DNA of 64,000 bases from Schmidtea polychroa (lineage: Eukaryota), in contig CM097885.1 in assembly GCA_044892525.1 (NCBI GenBank), positions 49,230,001 through 49,294,000 on the forward strand. The letters run 5' to 3'. Under the pieces are notes generated by a model. It worked only from the letters and a program-made list of their open reading frames with translations, had not been told where the DNA came from and did no database searches. Each line of letters begins with the position of its first letter. The first letter of the stretch is position 1. Below are positions 52,068 through 64,000 of the stretch, piece by piece. A program made the translations under genes and the position numbers.

Positions 52068-53961
52068 GAGTTAAAATGGAAATCAGATTGGTTTCCAATG
52101 AAGTTGGTTAACATTTGCCAATTTGAAGCAATGAATCCAAATCTAGCGATCAATGTTCTCAAATATAATAAAGATCCAATTAAACAAAAAACTAATGATA
52201 TTTTCAAGAATCCGTTCGTTGACTTGGTATATAGAAGTACTTCGACGGGATCTCAATTATATCTCTTATTGATTGAAGAAGGTAATATTTCTTTTAATCA
52301 TTAAAAATATTAACTAAATTTTAGAATTAAATTATCATTTTTTGGCTGTAACTAATCTCGATCGACTGCTGAATTACAGAGATAGAGTAGAAGGAGTCAG
52401 AATCCAATCACATTGGTGTCATACATGTCTTCATGGGTTTCAAAAACGTCCTGCTTTTGAAAGACATATAGGTCTTTGTAGGAAGAATGTGGAGCGGACG
52501 ACTCTATACTCAATGCCAGAGAATAAATATATCGAATTTAAAGACTGGAGTAAAACTATAAAACAGCAGTTTGTTGTCTACGCGGACTTTGAATCAATAT
52601 TACCTCTAGATGACAAGCACTTCCAAAAACATGAGCCGATTGCATCTGAATTTGTGCTTCTTCATCAAGGTTGTCCGATTCGAAATGAAACATTTGTTGG
52701 GAAAAACTGTATCATTCAGTTTATACAAGCATTGGATGATATAGCTACAGACATAGTTTATCCGTGGTATAAAATTAATGGATCGAAGGAAATGATGGAA
52801 CTCACTTGGGAACAGCAGGAAGAATTTACGAATCAAACTCATTGCTACCTTTGTAAAAAGATTATCAATATACCTGTTCGGGATCATGATCATTTTACCG
52901 GTCAATATCTCGGAGCAGCGTGTCAAGATTGTAATTTGGCTAGAAGAATCAATCCTTCTTTACCTGTTGTATTTCATAATCTTCGTGGATATGACATTCA
53001 TCATATATTAAAATATGCAATTGGAAAATTCCCCGATTGGAATTTAATTGTTATTCCTCAATCAGCAGAAAAGTTTCTCACACTTACAGCGACATCGAAA
53101 GGCAGAAGAATTAGATTCATTGATTCTTTACAATTTTTAAATAGCAGCTTGGCAAATTTATCAAAAAACTTGCCACGTCTTCCACTTACTTCAAAGATTT
53201 TCAATTCGCATTTAATAACTGGTAAAGGCATATTTCCTTATGATATGGCTACATCAATGGATGTTTTACAGTCAATAACAGAATTACCACCGATTTGGGA
53301 GGGAGTAAGTCAAGAAGATTATATACATGCAAATCGAATCTGGCGACAATACAACTGTGAGACACTGCTAGATTACATGCTAGTATATCTCAAGTTGGAT
53401 GTTTTTCTGTTGGCCGATGTTTTTGAAGCTTTCAGAGAAAAAACATTTGACGAAGATGAACTTGAGGCTCTATCGTTTGTTTCCATACCCGGATTAAGTT
53501 GGGCATCAGCTATTAAACAGTTACCTGAACCAGTAGAACTTATTCAAGATCCAGAGCTTTACCGTTTATTTGAAGCTGGTATTCGTGGTGGAATGACATT
53601 TATCAACAAACATCATGTTGAAGCTGATGAATCAACACAAATGTCATACCTAGATGTTAATAATTTATATGGATGGGCGCTGTCGCAAAAACTTCCTGTT
53701 GGTGAATTTAGATGGATAAATGATCAGACTGAAATGAATGGTATTGTTGAAAGATGTGCAAATGGGGATAAGTTTGATGGAGATCGTGGATATGTTCTAG
53801 AGGTTGACATCGTCATTCCTGATAGTATACAAGATAAACTAGATGATTTACCTATAGCTCCTGAGCTTTGTTATCCGCCTGGTAGTAAAGTTGAAAAGCT
53901 GTTGTTAACTCATGAGCCTAAGAAAAACTATGTAGTTAATGGTAAATTGAATAATTACTAA
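50882..53961 (+). CDS. Intron-containing, C-terminally truncated pPolB-derived gene (right arm copy), predicted ~913 aa
   Basis: Exons 50882 (A), 50933-51160, 51206-51262, 51304-51747, 51798-51959, 52069-52281 and 52325-53961 join in one frame via phase-1 GT-AG introns. Motifs: YADFES (ExoI), EndoVII-like CYLC..RDHDHFTG..AACQDCN, FHNLRGYD (ExoII), YLKLDVFLL (ExoIII), GIRGG, YLDVNNLYG (motif A). Ends before motifs B/C. Confidence 0.78.
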
Positions 53962-55798
53962 TTGAATAATTACTAATTAAAATTTTATTCAAATTGAAAT
54001 ATTATCGTTATAATTTACCTCTTGTTAGAATATAATGTAAATGTAAAATTTAAAAAAAAAATAAATAAAAAAATAATAATAATAATAATAATAAAATAAT
54101 ACTAAAATAAAAGCATAATAAAATAATTAATTAAGAAAATTAAAAAGAAAAAAAAATAAATAAATAAAATAAAAATAATAATAATAATAATTAAATAGCG
54201 TAAGTAATTAAAATAAAATATTAATAAACTAATAAATTAATTAAATGTAATAAATTAAAATAAAACATAATAAAATAATTAATTAATAAAATTAAAATGA
54301 AAAAAAAAAAAATTAAAAAGAAGTAATTAAATAAAATGTTAATTTAAAAAATAAATGATTCGATTGACCTATATTTGATCTGGACATTGTGATGACCTTG
54401 AAAGTGTCCTGGAGTCCTTACTATTCACTACTAATTATCAATTACATAATTTCATTTTGTTTAAATCGTTGATTATATTATTTTTTTGTTTGAATTATCG
54501 ATTATGTTTGTTTTAATTATCGATTATGTAACAATTTAATTTTGTTTAAATCGTTGATTATATTATTTTTTTTGTTTTAATTATCGATTACGTTTGTTTA
54601 AATTATCGATTATGTAATTATTTAATTTATCATTATTATTGGGAAAGATATTAACGCCTGCGCGGAGGATGTTATTTTCAAAATTTTAATCAATATTATT
54701 ATTATTGTTATTATTATGATTATTGCAAATATTCATTAAACTTAATTTCTACGTCAACTTCATGATTTTCAACATTTTCATCATTTGCATGAATATTTTC
54801 ATCATTTGCATGAATATTTTAATAATTTTCATTATTTTCATAATTTTCTATATTTTCAACGATTTTCAACATTTTCAGCATCTTCATGATTATTTCAGGA
54901 ACATTTTTATCAAATATTTTTCAAAGTATTATTTTCAAAGAATTATTTTCAAAGAATTATTATTATTATTATTCTTTGCGAAATTCTTATTAATTTATTT
55001 TCGATGTTTTATTATTATTTACTTAAATATTCGTAAAACTTAATTTCTGCATCAATTTACGATTTTCAATATTTGATGATTATTTTCAGGAACATTTTCA
55101 TAATTTTTAACGTTTTCATCATTTTCATCATAATTTTCAAAGTAGAAGAAACCCTAACCAATATTTTAAAGCTGCCATTATATGTTGCAGTAGTATTGGT
55201 TATTATTGTTTCGTAAATAAATGTTTTAATTTGTTTTTATAAATTTATTGTTTTATTGTAATACTTTTTGATTAAAACATATTCATTTTGTTTTAATATT
55301 TGTATTAATTTTGAAATAGTGCTATTTATATATGGAAATTTACAATTTTATATTATATACAATTATATATACAATTATATTTACAATTATTATAAATCAT
55401 AATGTTGCTTTTCTTCTGTCCATTGATTCTCCTCTGATATTACTGCCATAATCATCTTCGACATAATGCAAAGATAATATTTCTAATGTCTTTGTTAATC
55501 ATGCCCATTTATTGCAAAGTCTTTGTTAATTATGCACTTGTATTGCAAATTTATTAGTCATAAGTAGTAAGATGTGTCACCTCCAGGACATGTCACATCC
55601 AGGACAGGTCAAGGTCAAATTTTTTTTTAAGGTCTGATATCATTTACTGATATCATTCACACATGATTTAGTAACAGTTCATAGTGCAAATCATGTGAAT
55701 TTCCGTTGATGTAATCGATTATTAACGCATAATTTCATACCACATGTTATCCCTTCAAATATTTTAATCAATAATAATTCAGTATTTTTCCGATAGTA

Positions 55799-55833
<35 letters not shown>

Positions 55834-55849
55834 ATTTTTACAAATAATT

Positions 55850-56125
55850 ACTATTATTATAAGAACTTTTATTTCTTCCAATTTCACCACTGATTATAAT
55901 ATCCATTGAATTGAAAAGAGACTTTGAAGATTATAAATCAGTAATATATCGATGTTTGTCGACTCTCACAAATTGTCGGCACTGCCTTGTTAAGTGAATT
56001 TGATCATTATTACATTAAATATTTATTGTTGGATAATTACATTTAAAAGGTTCAACCAATTTCATAAATCAGCTTTGAATCACTTTAATATAAATCTTCA
56101 TAAGAAATTACTTTATTATTATTAA

Positions 56126-56177
<52 letters not shown>

Positions 56178-56328
56178 ATTTACATCAACTCAAATTTAAC
56201 AAGGTTAGTCACACAAATCGAATTCTGAAATCAAACAAATGCATTTAATAAAAATTAAAATTATCGACATACACAACCGCCGCCCGCTCGCCCGCCGCCC
56301 GCCCCGAAGGGGCTGGGCGGTAGTTTGT
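55850..56328 (+). mobile_element. Possible non-autonomous Helitron-like insertion
   Basis: The 5' sequence CTATTATTATAAGAAC...AATTTCACCACTGA recurs at ~34921 and inverted at ~35593-35630. 3' GC hairpin CCGCCC-GCCCC-GAA-GGGGC-T-GGGCGG followed by TAG/T. Confidence 0.4.
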
Positions 56329-56424
56329 AAATTTGGTTTATTTTGAATATTATTATTTGATACATAGTTTTATTATTTACAATATTCAAAGTATTAATAA
56401 CAAAGGTAAAGAAATAAATGTTTA

Positions 56425-56982
56425 TTAAATGTATATAGTATGATACTCATTAATATACATTGAACATGCTTTACATTTGCGAACATTTGAATCATGGCAT
56501 TTAGAACATACAATTACATGTCCGCAAGGTAAAAACAAAACCGATACTTGATTTTCTTTACAAATGTAACAAGTTAAATACATTTTCCTACCATCATTGA
56601 GTTTTTTCCTTAGCTTATTTTCAATCAATTCGGAATTCGATATCCATTCATAAATCAATCCACTACTATATCCTGGTTCCAGCCTTAAATCCATACAATT
56701 CCAAAAGCATTCATTCAATGAATCATTATCTACTATTGCTTTGTCTAAATGCATCAAATAAATCGATAACTTCAAAATGCATTTATTGTAATTAAATAAA
56801 TCAATCAAATATCCAATGGAGGAATGTTTGAAAATTTCTAAAATTTTTATGGTTTCCTTTTCAGTGAAAGTATCATAATTGTTCATAAAATCTTCAACGG
56901 TGCAGTTTAAAAACTTGAATGATCTCGTGGTCATCAGTAATTTCTTAATAAATTTATGAAAATACTTATATTCTGCACACAT
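56425..56982 (-). CDS. RING-finger (C3HC4, IAP/MDM2-type) protein, probable Polinton cargo
   Basis: C-terminal CYICKENQVSVLFLPCGHVIVCSKCHDSNVRKCKAC. No recognisable BIR domain. Confidence 0.8.
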   Translation of the reverse strand: MCAEYKYFHKFIKKLLMTTRSFKFLNCTVEDFMNNYDTFTEKETIKILEIFKHSSIGYLIDLFNYNKCILKLSIYLMHLDKAIVDNDSLNECFWNCMDLRLEPGYSSGLIYEWISNSELIENKLRKKLNDGRKMYLTCYICKENQVSVLFLPCGHVIVCSKCHDSNVRKCKACSMYINEYHTIYI

Positions 56983-57345
56983 TTATAAGAGATACATTAA
57001 AACAACTCATTTATTAAACAAGAAAATAATTTAAAATCAATAATGGTAATTTTAAGGATTATCTTCGATAGATTTTATTGAATAATGGTTCATTAAAAAG
57101 GTCTTGAAGAGCTCTATCCAATGGTTATATATTTGAAGATATAATGTTTGTGCACAATATAGTAAGTATTATTATTTTTATTATTATTTTTATTAACAAA
57201 CTACATTCTAATAAAATACTTTTACACATCAAATTATTAAAAAAAAAAATCAAAGAAATAAAACCGATAATTATAAAACGAAAAAGAGACTTTACAATAA
57301 TTTCTATTTTACAAAAATTCAAACAAGTCCGATCACAGAATTAAA

Positions 57346-60300
57346 TTAATCTTGTAGATGTTGATTGATGAGATCGGGATCTGCTCCTGATTGAATATCA
57401 TTATCGTCATTATCAATGACATCAACCCCTAAATAATGACCATATGCAAAACTAGAGTTTTTCTCTACCCAAGCTCTTTTATCATCATGATTAGTTAAAG
57501 CAATCTTTGAGTTTTTAAAGGTAAAAAGCTGATGATTTCGGGTTCCTATTCTAGTCTGAGGTACAGAAATAACTGTGTTGTTGTTGTAACAGTCTAAATA
57601 GGATTGATGTTTTATATCTGTACCTGGTAATTTTACGCCCTTAGCTCTCATAGTAGATTTATTTCCTAAAAGACTGTAGCACTTTGGTCGCAAGAAAACC
57701 CACTCACTATATCCTACACCCTTACTCTCATCCTTAAACTTTCCTATAACTGAGTCGAGTCTCCTAGAATATAAAGGATGAGAGGAATCATAATTTGAGG
57801 TGTCTAACAAGTCATCCGAAATCATCGCTGGCAAAAGAACGTCAAGCTTTACATTTTTGACCTCTAAGAAGAAACTATCGGTATCACCCGCAACTATATT
57901 TATATCACTATATTTATATCGCAACTATATTATACATCCTTAGTTTGGATAAATCCAGCACTGATTGTCCGATGTAGCTGGGTCTATCCAAACATATAGA
58001 CTCCTTATTGAGATGTACACCAAAAAGATCATCATCAATTTTGATGGTTTTTCTAAATGATGGTTTTGATGAATATGTAATTAATTTTTCCGCGGAATTA
58101 CATAGTCGTAAATTTAATCTCTTCTTAAGGTTTTCAACGGATTTACCGTACAAGCTATTATTATACAATTTGAATAAATCTCTGTACAGTTCACTGCTTG
58201 CTTCAGCTCTTAGCTGTGTATTTTTATTTATATAATTTTTAAAAATCGGTGCTTGCTTGAATTTTATAGCCCTATGGATGTGTACAACTTTGGCACCAAG
58301 AGACAAATAAAGCTTGAGAAGCCTCCAATGAAGAACATGGTTCTTCTTTGGCCAATGCGTGAGCATCAACTTCTCAACTTTCGAACCAGGCGGGCACATT
58401 TTCTCAGGAGCAAGAGGAAAGTCATTTAAAAAATCATGAAAAATTTCTGGAATATCTATATCCACTTCTATGGTATAACCATAGGGAAGGATTTCAATGT
58501 CAGCATTCATGCACTCAAGCAATACATCATTCAATTCATCATACACCCAAGTGAAATCAGCAAAAGGAAGATTTTGGCTAAGAGCCCAACCATACAGATT
58601 ATTTATATCAATATATAATAATTCTGTATTATCAGAAGCAGCAACGTAATGTTTGTTAACAAATGTTAACCCACCACGTATTCCTCCTTCGTAAAAATTG
58701 AACATTTCTATGTCCTGTAAAAGTTCTATAGGCTCAGTTAATGTCATAAGCGCTGAGGCCCATGACATACCCGGAATACCATAAAAGTTTAGAGGTTCTA
58801 GACCATTGTATGCAATGGCCTTGGCACGGAATTGTTGGAAATAGTCCGCAAGGAGGAATACATCCAATTTTTGATAAGTTAACATATAGTCAGCCAATTT
58901 AGTACAACGTTGTTGAGTCCAAATAAGTTGAGCCTTAGCATACTCATCTTCAGTAACACCAGACCAAATAGGAGGCAATTCATAAGTGGTTTCAAGTACA
59001 TCCAAATCAGTCGCATAATCATAAGGAAATATGGCTTTAGCATCTATTATTAGCCTATCAAAAACCGACGAAGTCAAAGGAAGATCAGTTAGAGTTTTTA
59101 CAGCCTTAGCCAAAGAACAATTAACAAATTGTATGCTGTCGATAAAACGAACAGCTAATTTTTTAATATGAACAATCATCGAGATAAATTTCTCTGTGCT
59201 TGTGGGTATTATATTCAAATTCCAAGAAGGAAAGCCATTGAGACCATATTTTAAAATATGGTGTAAGTCGTAGCCTCGTAAATTATGAAATACAATCGGC
59301 AGCTGTTTATAAATTCTGCGAGCCATATTACATTTCCTACAGGCTGCACCGAGATAATTACCAGTAAAATGGTCATGATCTCGAACAGCAAGGGATAAAA
59401 CCTTCTTGCAAAGATAGCAGTTCCTACAAGATTTGAATTGTCGTTCCTCAGCAAAAGTCATAGGTCCTAACCGTTTTTTCCCTTCAAGCTCATAATAAGG
59501 TAGGACAATTGTGACAGCAATTTGCTCTACTTTTTTAAGAAATTGAGGTATACAATCAAGACCATAAAACTCGTAATACGATTTTCTATTGTTAAGATTA
59601 TTTATTAATAAAAGACCTGCTGAAATAGGTAAATGTATTTGATGATGTTTAACATCTTTAGGTAAAACCGATTCAAAATCGGCATAAATAACAAAGGGTG
59701 GGGTGATTCTCTTTGAATGATTTTGAAACACTAAATATTTATTTTCGGGTAAAGTGTAAAGGGTTGTACCCGTTTGATTTTTACTGCATAGGGCCACATG
59801 TTTAGTGAAAGCATTGTCCATTCGAAAACCGTTAAGACAATGTGGGCACCATTTGCATCTTATTTGAATACTACAGTCATTATTACGATGGCAGTTCATT
59901 AAATGTGTAATGTTGGTCACTGCGGTGTAATGATAATTATCCTTATTTTCCAAGAGTAATAAATAAATTGGAGTACCGCCAGTAACCGTTGATCTGTGAA
60001 TTATACTTAAGTGGGGGTGTTTAAAAACATAGTCATTAGGAACCTGATCATCATCAACTATCACAGTAGGGGTATAAGCCAGAACATTTATGGCGAGATT
60101 TAAGTCTAAATTTTTCTTTTCGAATTTAGGTATATTACACAATTTCATCGGACAATCCGTGACTTCATTGTAATTAAGAATATTTAAAAGATTTTCATAT
60201 TTTGAAACTCTTTCAGGGTGGCTACCTATTTCATCTTTTTTCAAGAGCGCGAGAATACTATATAGAAAACACTTATGATCCTTATTTTTAACATTTATAA

Positions 60301-61279
60301 TTGCTCCTTTAGATTTCAAATCTGCAGGTGTACGAATGTAACTATGACCAGATAGGCGACAAATAGGAGCAAATTTAGTCAGAATGAAATCAATCTCTAA
60401 GATATTAATTACTCTCCAGCCACTACCTAAATAGGTAAACTTTTCAATTTTTTCGTTTAACTTATTAACCCCCTCAATTAAAAAGTTATCCGAAAAGATC
60501 TCGGCTTTATTTGAAAAGTAGTTGTCACGGATTTCCCCATCTTTTTCAAATCTTATAAGAATAGCGAATTGAATTTTGACGCTACCCATGTTATTTATTT
60601 CAGATGTTAACTTTTCAGTGATCCTATCCGTTATTATAATTTTAATTAATTGTGAATCGGCAATATCAAATCGAATAGTTCGAATGGCGCCATTTAAATT
60701 TGATTCTATTATCGGCTCAATCGCTAAAGATGATCCACCTATTTGATTTATAGTATTTATAGTATTATCATTATTTATATTTTCATTTATAGTATTTATA
60801 GTATTAATATTATCATTTATAATATCATGATTTATAGTATATATAATATTATTACATTCGTCATCACTGAGTAGAATGACTTCATTTTTAATAATTTCGT
60901 CGTCACTGATCTCAATGACTTCAGTTTTTATAATTTTATTTTTAATTTTAGACACCCTATGTTCAGCAGGTCTTTTGTTAGATTTCTTTGTGTTATTATT
61001 TAAAATATTTACAATTTCAATGTTATTCTTATTTATTATTTTAAACAGTTCTTGTTTATTTGTTTTGAAAGAATTTAAGTGCTGAGAATGTTGACTATAA
61101 AATTCCTTATACCTTACACTCTGGGAAGTTTTGCATATGGGGCAAATAAAAAAGTTGATGCCATTAAAAGGTTGGCGATAATATTTCTTCATATTTTTGT
61201 GGCATATCAAACTATGTCCGATTGACGATACACAGTATCGTGGGTAAAATGGACCTGATAAATTATAAATATATATCAA
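57346..61279 (-). pseudogene. polB: Near full-length Polinton-type protein-primed DNA polymerase B with one frameshift at ~57914-57930
   Basis: 1121-aa plus 192-aa ORFs with YADFES, RDHDHFTG, FHNLRGYD, GIRGG, YIDINNLYG, KLYNNSLYGK, GDTDS, GKFKDE, LRPKCYS and KGVK. The junction contains a duplicated AATATAGTTGCG. Confidence 0.9.
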
Positions 61280-61409
61280 ATATATTTATAAATTATTGAA
61301 AAAATATTAATCATAAAAAGTATATTCATAATGTAATTTTATTGTAGAGTTATTGCAATGTTTTTATTCAATATTATTATCATGTATTTATTGATATTTA
61401 TATGGGGCA

Positions 61410-64000
<2,591 letters not shown>

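Larger units (their letters stand above)
45602..54432. mobile_element. Fold-back Polinton/Maverick-derived element (8831 bp) with ~4-kb TIRs
   Basis: Ends AGTAGTGAATAG / CTATTCACTACT. 6-bp TSD AATTAT (45596-45601, 54433-54438). Arms ~45602-49586 and ~50407-54432 are near-identical inverted copies. Both flanks belong to one interrupted tandem repeat. Confidence 0.88.
55563..61300 (-). mobile_element. Second, partial Polinton/Maverick-like element carrying pPolB and a RING gene
   Basis: AGTAGT terminus at 55563 followed by CAGGACA and TCAAGGTCA, like the ends of the fold-back element. Contains pPolB. No second end, integrase, ATPase or capsid gene seen in the window. Confidence 0.6.

Noticed and set aside
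45602..54432. Inverted duplication as a pure assembly artefact
   Set aside because: The arms differ by substitutions and indels, a unique spacer is present, and the outer ends coincide exactly with AGTAGT termini and a 6-bp TSD. Long-read confirmation is still needed.

Overview
Very AT-rich eukaryotic DNA with (AAT)n/(TA)n microsatellites and 41-54 nt GT-AG introns. It looks flatworm/planarian-like, but that is inference only. The window is almost entirely nested mobile elements, with one host gene: a spliced Shisa-like six-cysteine single-pass membrane protein at 2262-4238 (-). Main contents: (1) a complete 14.7-kb gag-only LTR element (6128-20833) with apparently identical 1562-bp LTRs, an AAAT TSD and a tRNA-Pro-like PBS; (2) three more LTR starts of the same family (a 3.7-kb solo LTR carrying its own ORF, a truncated relative, and one running off the window end). 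The LTRs at 6128/19272, 28399 and 62412 share a covarying ~130-nt two-hairpin RNA structure and a long-range pairing between the LTR 5' end and the putative R region; (3) decayed piggyBac, Tigger and hAT transposons; (4) a Polinton/Maverick cluster. Its most unusual member is an 8.8-kb fold-back element (45602-54432) with AGTAGT...ACTACT ends and a 6-bp AATTAT TSD. Its ~4-kb terminal inverted repeats each carry a pPolB-derived gene with six predicted phase-1 introns, a start codon made by splicing, and no polymerase motifs B/C. Next to it lies a full-length but frameshifted pPolB lacking the alignable introns, plus a RING-finger cargo gene.
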